DNA of 64,000 bases from Candidatus Doudnabacteria bacterium (GTDB lineage Bacteria > Patescibacteriota > Doudnabacteria > UBA920 > O2-02-FULL-48-8): assembly GCA_016186915.1 (NCBI GenBank), contig JACPKU010000006.1, positions 80,921 through 144,920 of the forward strand, written 5' to 3'. The notes beneath the pieces are model-generated. The model saw only the letters and a program-made list of their open reading frames with translations. It ran no database searches and had not been told where the DNA came from. Below, in pieces: positions 8,891 to 18,181 of this stretch. The position numbers and the translations under genes are program-made. Position 1 is the first letter of the stretch. Each line of letters opens with the position of its first letter.

Positions 8891-9496
8891 ATGAAAAGGT
8901 TTATTGCAGGCGCAGGAATAGTTGCTCTGGCTCTAGTATCCACAGGGGCTATGGGGGCGACGATCAGTGGCGTTTCAGATTCTTCCACAGCAACTTCCAT
9001 TGCCAGTTGGCTGATCTCGGTGATGATGACCAATAACAACAATGCCGTGATTACCAATAACGTTACTTCCACAGCCAATTCCGGCGGCAACACGTTTGTT
9101 TCCGCGGACGACCAGGAAGGCACGGAGCTCGTTACTGGCGATGCCAATGCCGTAACTTTGGTGGAAAACGCCGCAAACAACAACTTTGTGGAAGAAAACT
9201 ATGAATCAGTCGATGGCGCGGATAACACCATTGAGGACATTACTGACAGTTCCACTGCCACTGCCGCCAGTTCAGATACCCTGGAAAATGAGATTTTGAA
9301 TAACAACGATGTAGAAGTGGAAAACAATGTTGACGCAATGGCTGACACCGGCAGCAACTCGGTAACTTCAGGCGACAGCCTCAAAGGTACCAGAGCTACT
9401 ACTGGAATCGCGGGAGCGGCTACTGGCGTGTCCAACTTATTCAACGTGAATATCAAAGAGATTCAAAGAACAATTTCATCTCGCGTAAGACCGTAA
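8891..9496 (+). CDS. Secreted Asn-rich repeat protein (two long repeats), candidate fibre subunit
   Basis: Signal peptide; repeats DSS.AT..NNN....N.V...A[ND][ST]G.N...TG.A.A...N..N.N; AGGAG SD. Confidence 0.85.
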   Translation: MKRFIAGAGIVALALVSTGAMGATISGVSDSSTATSIASWLISVMMTNNNNAVITNNVTSTANSGGNTFVSADDQEGTELVTGDANAVTLVENAANNNFVEENYESVDGADNTIEDITDSSTATAASSDTLENEILNNNDVEVENNVDAMADTGSNSVTSGDSLKGTRATTGIAGAATGVSNLFNVNIKEIQRTISSRVRP

Positions 9497-9501
9497 TAAG
9501 A

Positions 9502-9578
9502 TTTTCCTCGCAATGCTGAACTCGGTTCAGCATCTCTATAAAAAGATCCTGAACTTAATTCAGGATTGCGGGAGGAAA
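9502..9578. repeat. REP-like double palindrome
   Basis: ATGCTGAACTCGGTTCAGCAT and ATCCTGAACTTAATTCAGGAT enclosed by TTTCCTC..GAGGAAA. Confidence 0.65.
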
Positions 9579-9682
9579 TAACTCTGAAAGGTCTTTTGAA
9601 CAACAACTAATTAAATCCGCCTTTGTCAGGGAATCCATGGGTTCCACTTGCACAGCCGGTTTCGTGAGGGGGTGAAAGTAAA

Positions 9683-10303
9683 ATGAAAAAAATAATCGCA
9701 AGCGTAGGTTTGGCGGCCATGCTTTTGATGGTCGCGGGCGCTGCTGACGCTGCCGTGATCCGAATGGTCAACGACAGCTCCGTGGCAACTTCAGCCGCTA
9801 CTTGGTCAATCTTGGCGAATATCCTTAACAACAACTCTGCGGGTATTCTCAACACCGTTACCTCCACTGGTAACTCTGGCGCTAATACCGTGGTATCAGC
9901 TGATGACCAGACTGGCACAAGCGTGACTACCGGGAACACTGGTGCAGCTTCAGCAGTTGACGGTGCGGCAGGTCCGGGAAACGTAGCAAACACTAACGTT
10001 GTTTCTGAAACTTTGGAAACACCAGACGGCGCGGATAACCTAATCGAGGACGTCGATGATAGCTCTGTGGCTACCACAGCAAGCGCAGACAGCTTGGAGA
10101 ACAACCTTACCAACAACAATGAGGTAGAAGTTGACAACGACGTTGACGGTACCAGCAATTCTGGTACCAATAGTGTGGTTTCAGGCGACAGCTTGACCAC
10201 CACAACGGTATCAACCGGGACTAACCTAGCCGCTTCGTTGCTGTCCCAAGATTTCAACTTGAACATCAAGGAAGTAATCCGAACTATAAGACAACGACCA
10301 TAG
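9683..10303 (+). CDS. Secreted Asn-rich repeat protein, paralog of 8891-9496
   Basis: Shared blocks VSADDQ, DGADN.IED, SGDSL, FN.NIKE..RTI and terminal RP; GGGGGTGA SD. Confidence 0.85.
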   Translation: MKKIIASVGLAAMLLMVAGAADAAVIRMVNDSSVATSAATWSILANILNNNSAGILNTVTSTGNSGANTVVSADDQTGTSVTTGNTGAASAVDGAAGPGNVANTNVVSETLETPDGADNLIEDVDDSSVATTASADSLENNLTNNNEVEVDNDVDGTSNSGTNSVVSGDSLTTTTVSTGTNLAASLLSQDFNLNIKEVIRTIRQRP

Positions 10304-10332
10304 TCTGACTAATAGTCTTGCAAGAAAAAAAA

Positions 10333-10533
10333 TTACTCGTGTGGCCCTGTACCGAAAGGTACAGGGCACGCAGAGTAACTTATGTGTAGTGTAAGATCCT
10401 ACCTTGGTGTGTGGAGCTTCACTTCTAAGGTACTCTTGCAGGATACCCCCGCCAATTTTTGGCGCGGGCAGGTAAGAGTTGATCGCTCTTACCTAAACTC
10501 TACGGGGAGGGGTTAAGGCCCCTCCCTAGAGAG
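10333..10533 (+). other. Multi-hairpin intergenic region
   Basis: At least four stems: CCCTGTACC-gaaa-GGTACAGGG, CCCGCCA..TGGCGCGGG, GGTAAGAG..CTCTTACC, GGGAGGGG..CCCCTCCC. Confidence 0.55.
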
Positions 10534-10576
10534 GAAAAATTAGTGAGTAGTTTGTAGTGAGTAGTGAATAAAATCA

Positions 10577-10939
10577 ATGAAAAACATTGCAGAAAAAATT
10601 TCAATTATATTTTTGCTCGCGGCATTCGCTATGCCGAGTTTCGGCAACTTTCGCCTGAGCAGTTTTTTCTCCACACAACCGCAGACAAAAGCCAAGACTG
10701 ATGTGTCCGCCAATGCTAACGCTGACAATGCCAATCCCGGCGAGGTGCAAACCGGGCAGGCGAGCGCTGAAGTCAGTGTCACCACAGTGGTCAATCTGGA
10801 CATAGAGGACGAACAGACGATTTACGTGCAAGCAGAACCGGGAGAGACTAAATCAGAAAGTTCTGTGAGTGAAGAAGAAGAAAGTGATCCCGTATTTAAT
10901 CCTATAAGAGAAAGAATTTTTAGAATGTTGAGAAGATAG
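10577..10939 (+). CDS. Small exported protein with a half copy of the Asn/TG repeat
   Basis: N-terminal hydrophobic segment; GEVQTGQASAEVSVTTVVN matches the TG.A.A...N half-repeat. Confidence 0.65.
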   Translation: MKNIAEKISIIFLLAAFAMPSFGNFRLSSFFSTQPQTKAKTDVSANANADNANPGEVQTGQASAEVSVTTVVNLDIEDEQTIYVQAEPGETKSESSVSEEEESDPVFNPIRERIFRMLRR

Positions 10940-10959
10940 TAATCAGTTTGGTCCTATCA

Positions 10960-13900
10960 ATGAATCCAACCATAAAACAGCTCAAGAAATATATCCAAGC
11001 CTTAGATTGCCGAGGCTTGGTTTGGTTGTTTTATGCCGGCTGTTTGGTGGGGTGGTTTGGGTATTTGAAGATTAAAAATAGGACCAATAGGTCGGATAGG
11101 GTTTATAGGTCGGATGGGTCGGGTAGGATTGATAGGATTTATAGGATTGATAGGAATAATAGGTCTGATAGGTCGGATAGGACAAATAGGTCGGATATGC
11201 CGGTGTCGGATAGGGTTTATAGAAATAATGAGATAAATAGGTCGGATAGGAATAATGAGATAAATAGGTCGGATAGGCCGGATATGTCGGATAGGTTTGA
11301 TAAGACCTATAGGACATATTTGACCTATAGGACTAATAAGACTTCTCAAGCCTTGCGTATGGTTAGGCACAAAAAAGCGTACAGCATACAGAGCATAGCG
11401 TATAGTTTTGAAAAAGAGGTGAGGGCACGGATTGCCGGGTTTGTGCTGAAAAACACTTCGGGAGAAGAGGTTTTGCCTGTGGCCTCAAACATCGCCTTAC
11501 TTGCTCGATTGCACTTCGTGTTTTTCAAAGAGCGGGCAAGCCTCGCTTATTTAGATATTAAAAAATACGCCCGCAGGCGATCACGGTATTATCTGCGCAA
11601 AGCCAAGAAGGTCTATGTGCCGGCCGGGATTAGTTTTGCACAAGCTGTGTTTAATCTGAGCTTGGTGGCGCTGGCAGTGTTCGGGTTTGTGGTGGTTATT
11701 ATCGGAAAAACTTTTGCAAAAATTGTGGCGGTGAGCATTGCATCTTTGTCATTGCGAAGCCGAAGGCTGCGGCAATCTTTCATCATGCTAAGTATTAGAT
11801 TGCTTCGTCGCTACCGCTCCTCGCAAAGACTTTTGATTATTCGTCTTCGCGAGCGATCGAAGATCGCGTGGCAATCTATTTCTAGACAAGGGTCCAGATT
11901 GCTTCGTCGCGCTTTGGTCGAAGCAAATCAGCTCCTCGCAATGGTGAGAGCGGCCTTGTTCGTCACCGTGCCATCGCGAGCGCGAAGCGCGAAACGATCT
12001 GTTCTGGAAAGCTTTGACGCGGCCAGAGAACAGAATGTAGTTTTGTATAAATACCTCAGGCACGAATATAAAATAACCAGAAACAGAATTAGACGTCGAT
12101 TTTATAAAAGAGTTGGGCAGATTTTGGTCTGTGCAAAGGTCACCTTCGTTGTAACAACGAAGGTGACCTTTGCAGCCTTACTGTTACTGTATATACGAGT
12201 GAATATACATTATTCCAAGCTAAATTCCACTTTAAGCCGGAAAGCTGCGTCGGCATATATTTACCTTTCACCAAGGGTTGCCCGGTTTGCCAGATTGAGC
12301 ATTGACCGGTTTGAACAGTCAGTCGGCGCCATGGGACGAGCGGTTTTGGCCGGGCTTGATTATTCTCAGAAACTTCTTAGTTTCTTGATTCGTTTAGGGC
12401 GGATTGGGCTGGCGTGGATGGCGGCAGTACTGGTCCCAGTGTCTGAATTTGCAGACATTTGGATTTTTGAGCCTGTCTTAAAAATTCTACAAAGAAAAAT
12501 TGGTTTTATCCGCAAAGCCATGGCGGCAGGGGTTTTGGTGTTTATGGTTGTGGGAAGTATCAGTCCGGCTTTGGCTGTGGTGGAGATCACGCCGCAATCA
12601 ATTGTGGAATTTACTGACGCTGATTTAGATCCGGAAAACCCGGTGCTGCAGCAGGAAGCAAGTGTTACGGGCAATGAGGGCAGTAATACTGTGGCGGACA
12701 TTCAAAAGAAAGTTGAGAAGATTGTGGATTCAGCGACAGGCGATGCAGACAGTTCTGATTCAGCGACCGCAGATGGCAACAGTGAACAGATATCAGATAA
12801 TAGCGCAGACCCTTCAACTTCGGCTGACGACCCCGCTCAGGGATCAGAAGGCGAACCTATCGGGGCCGAAGAGCCGGGATCTGATCCGGGACAGACCCCT
12901 GCTTCCGCAGGGATGGAAGAGAATGCAGAGATAGAAGAGGGCGCAGGGGTGGGAGAAGAAACAGGCTCGCTCTTACTAACGCCCTGCACGGTGTCCAATT
13001 CTATGGAATTGGACAGTGAGGGGTCGCCAGTGGAAGATGTCCAAGCAGACGGGTTATCAGAGGAGTTAGAGATTGTCGAAAGCCAAGCAGACGCTGCGGG
13101 AACAACTGATGCGTCGGAGCAGGTTGTTGCAGGAGACGATGAAGATGAATTAGATTCTTCTGTGCCGGGAACGAATCAGCACGACAGCGAAGCAGGAGAC
13201 GCGGAATGCGCTCAACAAGAGCAGGTCCAGGAACAAAGTGAGGCTGGGGTGCAGGCTATCAATCCTAATGACTCTTCACTTCTGGACAGTAAACAGATTA
13301 AGAAAAACATTGTCGAGATCGTCAATACCAACAGCATCAAAGTGACCAACCAAGTGGATTCGGGTTCTTTAACTGGCCAGAACACGGTTTCGGCCGGAGA
13401 CAGCGGGAAGGATGTATTTTTGGGCTCTGGCAACATCAACATTCACGCCAATGTTTTGAACGTGGTCAACACCAATTTGTATAATTCCAAGATTGTAGAG
13501 ATTGCGGAGAATTTCAACAATCTCACGGCCGATGTATTGCTCAACCATCCGGAAACCAGACCCGCGGAATTAACCCAGGATCTGGTTAATTATGTTTGCG
13601 GGTCGTCGCTGACTTGCGAAAGTTTGAGTTCGTTTAATTTGACCAATAAAAACAATGCCGAGGTGGAGAACAACGTCAATGTGTTGGGAAACAGCGGACA
13701 GAATCTCCTGGAGAACATCAAAGAACGGGGCACGATAAGAAGTGGAGACATCAATGCTTTGGTCAATGTTTTGAATATTGTAAATAGTAACTTGGTCAAT
13801 TCCCGCTGGACCATTGCCTCGATCAATGTGTTCGGGGACTGGGAAGGCGATTTGGTCCTGCCGTCCGAACTTTATTTTACTGACTTTTTCCAGCTGGGCG

Positions 13901-16900
13901 CGACTGACAATTCTGATATCAAAATTGAAGACATCAAAAAAGTTCTGATCAACGTCAACAATGACAATGACGTGGAGGTTCAGAACAACGTACTGGTCAA
14001 TTCTGACAGCGGCAAGAACTCGATTGAAGCGACCAAGAGCGCGGACGGCAAAGGCGGCGGGCTGGAAAACGACAAGATCGGCACGGGCGAGAGCCGCGGC
14101 GAGTCCAACGTAAAAAACTATGTCAACACCAACGTGTTCAACGGCAAGTGGTATCTGGGCATGGTGAACACTTTGGGTGCTTGGTCAGGGGACGTGTATT
14201 CTCTGCCAGAGCGAGTGGCGCTGGGCACCACGCCGACTGGTCTGTCCTTCTTCTCATCGAACAGCAAGGATTCAGATTTGGCTTATCAATTGTTTGAAGA
14301 GACGATTGCCGACATCAATCGGACCGACAACACTTTGATCGATATCCAAAACCAGAACAAAGCCAAGATCGTGAACAATGTGGATTTGGGCGTGCTGTCG
14401 GGTGAGAACGGCATTAAAGGCAATGAGATGAACGTAGAGGAGAGCAGCATCTTCTCCGGCAATACTTACGCGCTTGCCAATATTTTGAATTTTGCCAATA
14501 CCAATCTTATTAACGCGGATTTGAACATTGGCTTGGTCAATGTTTTCGGCAGATGGAACGGGAATGTGCTGTTCGGCTTTCCTGATCTGACGGTGAGCCA
14601 AACCACCAGGCAGGAATTCCCAAAAGAAAAGAACCAGCAGGTAATTTATGATTTGACTTACTCGAACATAGGATCATCCTCGATGATCGGCGGAAGTCTT
14701 GAATGGCATTATGACAGCAATTTACTGCGTTTGGATTCAGTGGATCCGGCAGTAAGTTATGAGAAAAAACTGCCAGGCGTGGTGGAGTTTGATTTGGGCA
14801 GGGTCGGGCCGAAGAGCAGTCGAACGCTGGCTGTAAAACTGACCACTCTCAAAGATCTGGCAGTAAATACCGAAATAGAGAGTTATGCCCGTGTATTTGG
14901 TTTGGGACCGGAGAGGGTGAAAGAGAACAATGAAAGCGTGTTGGTAACAAAAGCCACGACTACGACTGGTTCTTCGGGGCCCCCGCCAAGTAATGATCCG
15001 CCGCCAGGCAATGACCCGCCAGCGAATAACGATAACGGAAGCGATCCGAATAATGATGACGCGGCAGGCGGAGATAATAATCAGGAAACAGAAAACAGTA
15101 ATCAAGACGATCCTTCGAATGAAGGAGGTAGTGATCCGAACCAAGAACAAGAAGAGCAACCAGAAGAACAGCCGCAGGATGGAACACAAAATCAACAGCC
15201 GCAGGATAATCAGAGTTCAGATCCAGATAACAGTCAGCAAGAAAACAACCAGCAAGAACAACAGAATGACCAAAACAGCAACCAGAATAAGAATACCAAC
15301 CAGCAGCAACAGCAGAACAAACAAGGTCAGAACCAGCAGCAGCAAAATCAGCAACAGCAGCAAAATCAACGGACTGCTTCCGGGCTGATCCGGGTTTACA
15401 AAACCAGTAATGCCCTAAGCCAAGGAGTGAAGCCTGGTGAGCCGGTGGAGTTTACCTTGATCGTGGACAATGACGGCGTGGATGCGGTATTTAATGTGGT
15501 GTTGTATGATACGCTTAGAGGACCGGATGGCGCGACTATAACCACGCGCAAGTTCCCGCTGGGCAGGATGGAGTCGGGCGAGGAAGTGGTTTTGGTTTAT
15601 GAGATTGATGCCAATCCTTTTGCTCCTGCCGGCACTTACACCAACACAGCTTATGTTGAGGCCTTGAATTTCCAACTGCGGCCAATAAAGTCACAGTCCA
15701 CGGCCCTTAGCAGTTTTATCTTGATTAACCCCAATCCAGAGCCGGTGCCTGAAGATGACGAAGCTGAACTGGTTAAGGATAACAAGCAGGATGAAGAACA
15801 GCAGAAACAAATAGAAGAAGACAAGCAAGACGAAGAGCAGAAAGACGATTCTCTGGAGGAAAATGTTGGAAAAGACCAAGAGAAAGAAGAAGTGGGACTG
15901 TTGAGCGAGAAGGATAAAAACAAGCCAATCAACACAAATACCGTCAAGGGAGGGAGGTTCTCAAGAACCAACCCTGAAGCGAACGCGGTGGCTTCCGCTT
16001 CTCTGCCGTTTGGTGAGTTGACTCCCGCGGCACAAGCCGAGCTTATAGACATCATTCCGTTGTTGGAAAATTCACCTGTCCGCGAAGGAGTGAGGAGCGA
16101 TTCTGCCCGCCAGATGACAATGTTTGTAATCATCGCGGCCCTCATGGGTTTGGGCTACGCCGCGGCAAATTTGGTAAATAGGCTTAAACAAGCAAAAGTA
16201 CAAAAATTAACCAACAACAACATGCCAGGCAAAGACAAAATCCTGCTGCTGATCCTAGCTTTGGTGCTCGGAAACAACGGGATGGGCGCGGTTCTCGATA
16301 TTAATCTCAGTATTCCGACAGCGCACGCCGCAGCACAAAGCTGTACCACTCCGACCGTAATTTCCTTCCCGTTCGCAGTGCAGGGCAACACGGGCGGCGT
16401 GGATCTGAATTCGAATGCGAAAGTAACCGGCAATGTTTACTCCAACGCCAACATTAATGGACAATTATTCGCAAAGGTCATAGGGAACGCAGCGGCAGTA
16501 GGAACGATTACAGATACACAAGTGAGCGGGACAGCGACCACTGGCGCGGCGCCTGCAGGTATGCCGGCAGTGAACGCAGCGGATTGGAAAGCCTCAGCGC
16601 TCTTGGGCGGGACAACTGGCAGCGTTAGTTTTCCAGTCAATAGCAGTGGAAATAACTTGGGACCAAAGAAGATCGACGGCGATTTGATTTTGAATGATAA
16701 TTCCGAAGTGCAAGTTAACGGCACGATTCACGTGACCGGTGAGGTAGTGGTGGGTGCAAACGCTAAACTTCATGTTAATCCTGTTTTAGGATCTTTGGGA
16801 ACTGTAATTATTGCCGACGGGAAAATTAACATTGATGGCAACGGGCACGTGGATGGGACGGGGGGAGGCGGATTCATGCTCATGATCTCTTTAAGCTCAG

Positions 16901-17967
16901 GCAGTGACGCGATTAATCTACAGCCAAACTTTACCTCTTCCACCGCGGTGTTTTATTCGCTCAATGACGGGCTGATGGTCGGTTCGAACTCACAAATTGT
17001 AGGCGCCTATGGAGAACGTGTCACGGTGCAGAGCAATGCCAAGGTTTCTCACGTGCCGGGCTTGCAGTTCGCCACCTTTGTCTGTCCGCCGCCAGCGCAA
17101 ACACCTAACATCACCGTGACCAAAGCAGCAGACAAACCCTCAATACTTGCTGGGGAAACTATAACTTTTACTTTAGAAGTGGAGAATAGCGGGACGGTGG
17201 CAGCGAATAATGTTACGCTCACTGATATTTTATCACCTGAATTTGAGTTCGTCGGTTCAACGCCCAGTCCGACCACAACGATTGTGACCGGTTCTGGCAC
17301 AGAGTTGAAATACAGCTTAAGTGAAGTTGGGGTCAATGAAACTAAAACCGTAACGATTGAAGCCAAAGCGGTGAGCAGTATCACTACCAGCATAGTTGTA
17401 GAAAACAAAGCTGTAGCCACAGGTGACAATTTTACACCCGAAGACTCCAACACTGTTGACGTGACTATCAACCCTATCCCCGCACCAGTGATGCCAATAA
17501 TCACGGTGACAAAATCTTCTGACAAATCTACAGTCTTGGCTGGCGATACAGTTATATTTACTTTGGAAATAGCAAACAGCGGCACGGCGGACGCGACCAA
17601 TGTGGTGTTGAGCGATACTCTGACTTTAGAATTTGAATTTATCTCCAGCACCCCAAGTCCTACAAGCAATACGGTTACCGCGACCGGCACAGAGCTGACT
17701 TTCGATCTGGGAACCGTGGCGATGGGCAGCTCTTCCACCATTACAATTGAAGTAAAAACTGACAGATTCGAATATCGTAAATGTCACAATCGATCCTTTG
17801 CCACTGCCTCCTATACCAACCAATCCTGTTATCAATGTTACCAAATCCGCAGACCATCCATCAGTTACGGCTGGCGATACAGTTATATTTACTTTGGAAA
17901 TAGCAAACAGCGGCACGGCGGACGCGACCAATGTGGTGTTGAGCGATACTCTGGGTTTAGAATTTGA
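10960..17967 (+). CDS. Giant surface protein, N-terminal part (basic extension, signal, acidic linker, four Asn repeats, DUF11-like domains, TM, second signal); true frame lost near 17767
   Basis: Continuous ORF of >2300 codons; DUF11-type TK.ADK....GETITFTL.V.N.G...A.NV...D.L motifs; residues after 17767 are out of frame. Confidence 0.8.
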   Translation: MNPTIKQLKKYIQALDCRGLVWLFYAGCLVGWFGYLKIKNRTNRSDRVYRSDGSGRIDRIYRIDRNNRSDRSDRTNRSDMPVSDRVYRNNEINRSDRNNEINRSDRPDMSDRFDKTYRTYLTYRTNKTSQALRMVRHKKAYSIQSIAYSFEKEVRARIAGFVLKNTSGEEVLPVASNIALLARLHFVFFKERASLAYLDIKKYARRRSRYYLRKAKKVYVPAGISFAQAVFNLSLVALAVFGFVVVIIGKTFAKIVAVSIASLSLRSRRLRQSFIMLSIRLLRRYRSSQRLLIIRLRERSKIAWQSISRQGSRLLRRALVEANQLLAMVRAALFVTVPSRARSAKRSVLESFDAAREQNVVLYKYLRHEYKITRNRIRRRFYKRVGQILVCAKVTFVVTTKVTFAALLLLYIRVNIHYSKLNSTLSRKAASAYIYLSPRVARFARLSIDRFEQSVGAMGRAVLAGLDYSQKLLSFLIRLGRIGLAWMAAVLVPVSEFADIWIFEPVLKILQRKIGFIRKAMAAGVLVFMVVGSISPALAVVEITPQSIVEFTDADLDPENPVLQQEASVTGNEGSNTVADIQKKVEKIVDSATGDADSSDSATADGNSEQISDNSADPSTSADDPAQGSEGEPIGAEEPGSDPGQTPASAGMEENAEIEEGAGVGEETGSLLLTPCTVSNSMELDSEGSPVEDVQADGLSEELEIVESQADAAGTTDASEQVVAGDDEDELDSSVPGTNQHDSEAGDAECAQQEQVQEQSEAGVQAINPNDSSLLDSKQIKKNIVEIVNTNSIKVTNQVDSGSLTGQNTVSAGDSGKDVFLGSGNINIHANVLNVVNTNLYNSKIVEIAENFNNLTADVLLNHPETRPAELTQDLVNYVCGSSLTCESLSSFNLTNKNNAEVENNVNVLGNSGQNLLENIKERGTIRSGDINALVNVLNIVNSNLVNSRWTIASINVFGDWEGDLVLPSELYFTDFFQLGATDNSDIKIEDIKKVLINVNNDNDVEVQNNVLVNSDSGKNSIEATKSADGKGGGLENDKIGTGESRGESNVKNYVNTNVFNGKWYLGMVNTLGAWSGDVYSLPERVALGTTPTGLSFFSSNSKDSDLAYQLFEETIADINRTDNTLIDIQNQNKAKIVNNVDLGVLSGENGIKGNEMNVEESSIFSGNTYALANILNFANTNLINADLNIGLVNVFGRWNGNVLFGFPDLTVSQTTRQEFPKEKNQQVIYDLTYSNIGSSSMIGGSLEWHYDSNLLRLDSVDPAVSYEKKLPGVVEFDLGRVGPKSSRTLAVKLTTLKDLAVNTEIESYARVFGLGPERVKENNESVLVTKATTTTGSSGPPPSNDPPPGNDPPANNDNGSDPNNDDAAGGDNNQETENSNQDDPSNEGGSDPNQEQEEQPEEQPQDGTQNQQPQDNQSSDPDNSQQENNQQEQQNDQNSNQNKNTNQQQQQNKQGQNQQQQNQQQQQNQRTASGLIRVYKTSNALSQGVKPGEPVEFTLIVDNDGVDAVFNVVLYDTLRGPDGATITTRKFPLGRMESGEEVVLVYEIDANPFAPAGTYTNTAYVEALNFQLRPIKSQSTALSSFILINPNPEPVPEDDEAELVKDNKQDEEQQKQIEEDKQDEEQKDDSLEENVGKDQEKEEVGLLSEKDKNKPINTNTVKGGRFSRTNPEANAVASASLPFGELTPAAQAELIDIIPLLENSPVREGVRSDSARQMTMFVIIAALMGLGYAAANLVNRLKQAKVQKLTNNNMPGKDKILLLILALVLGNNGMGAVLDINLSIPTAHAAAQSCTTPTVISFPFAVQGNTGGVDLNSNAKVTGNVYSNANINGQLFAKVIGNAAAVGTITDTQVSGTATTGAAPAGMPAVNAADWKASALLGGTTGSVSFPVNSSGNNLGPKKIDGDLILNDNSEVQVNGTIHVTGEVVVGANAKLHVNPVLGSLGTVIIADGKINIDGNGHVDGTGGGGFMLMISLSSGSDAINLQPNFTSSTAVFYSLNDGLMVGSNSQIVGAYGERVTVQSNAKVSHVPGLQFATFVCPPPAQTPNITVTKAADKPSILAGETITFTLEVENSGTVAANNVTLTDILSPEFEFVGSTPSPTTTIVTGSGTELKYSLSEVGVNETKTVTIEAKAVSSITTSIVVENKAVATGDNFTPEDSNTVDVTINPIPAPVMPIITVTKSSDKSTVLAGDTVIFTLEIANSGTADATNVVLSDTLTLEFEFISSTPSPTSNTVTATGTELTFDLGTVAMGSSSTITIEVKTDRFEYRKCHNRSFATASYTNQSCYQCYQIRRPSISYGWRYSYIYFGNSKQRHGGRDQCGVERYSGFRI
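11077..11343. repeat. Degenerate 9-bp tandem array (NATAGGNNN) inside the giant ORF
   Basis: aataggacc aataggtcg gatagggtt tataggtcg ... about 29 units, with an exact 27-bp internal duplication. Confidence 0.9.
11748..12000. repeat. Two and a half GTCATTGCGA..GCAATCT / AGATTGCTTCG..CTCGCAA palindromic elements inside the ORF
   Basis: Copies at 11748-11830, 11843-11945 and a half copy at 11970-12000; architecture recalls Rickettsia palindromic elements. Confidence 0.7.
12132..12174. repeat. 43-bp palindrome (21-bp arms) inside the ORF
   Basis: TGCAAAGGTCACCTTCGTTGT-A-ACAACGAAGGTGACCTTTGCA; related arm ACGAAGGTCACCTTTGCA at 59139-59156. Confidence 0.85.
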
Positions 17968-18098
17968 ATTTATCTCCAGCACCCCAAGTCCTACAAGCAA
18001 TACGGTTACCGCGACCGGCACAGAGCTGACTTTCGATCTGGGAACCGTGGCGATGGGCAGCTCTTCCACCATTACAATTGAAGTAAAAACTGACAGAT
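17538..18098. repeat. 230-bp near-identical direct repeat (17538-17767 / 17869-18098)
   Basis: Two adjacent mismatches seen; offset of 331 bp is not a multiple of 3; frame breaks after both copies. Confidence 0.9.
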
Positions 18099-18181
18099 CG
18101 CAACCACTACTTTGGTGGAAAATAAAGCGGTGGCAGACGGCGACAATTTTGGATCCGAAGAATCGAACACCGTGGAGCTAA
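17798..18181 (+). CDS. Frameshifted middle fragment of the giant surface protein (one DUF11-like domain)
   Basis: Nearly identical to the preceding DUF11-like repeat; no independent start context. Confidence 0.6.
   Translation: MPLPPIPTNPVINVTKSADHPSVTAGDTVIFTLEIANSGTADATNVVLSDTLGLEFEFISSTPSPTSNTVTATGTELTFDLGTVAMGSSSTITIEVKTDRSQPLLWWKIKRWQTATILDPKNRTPWS

Noticed and set aside
11077-11343. Possible CRISPR array
   Set aside because: Contiguous degenerate 9-bp units with no unique spacers; no cas genes in the window
17538-18098. Diversity-generating retroelement TR/VR pair
   Set aside because: Only two adjacent differences (AC vs GG), not adenine-restricted; no reverse transcriptase present
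17750-18111. Programmed ribosomal frameshifting
   Set aside because: About 20 codons of the domain are physically missing after copy 1, which frameshifting cannot restore
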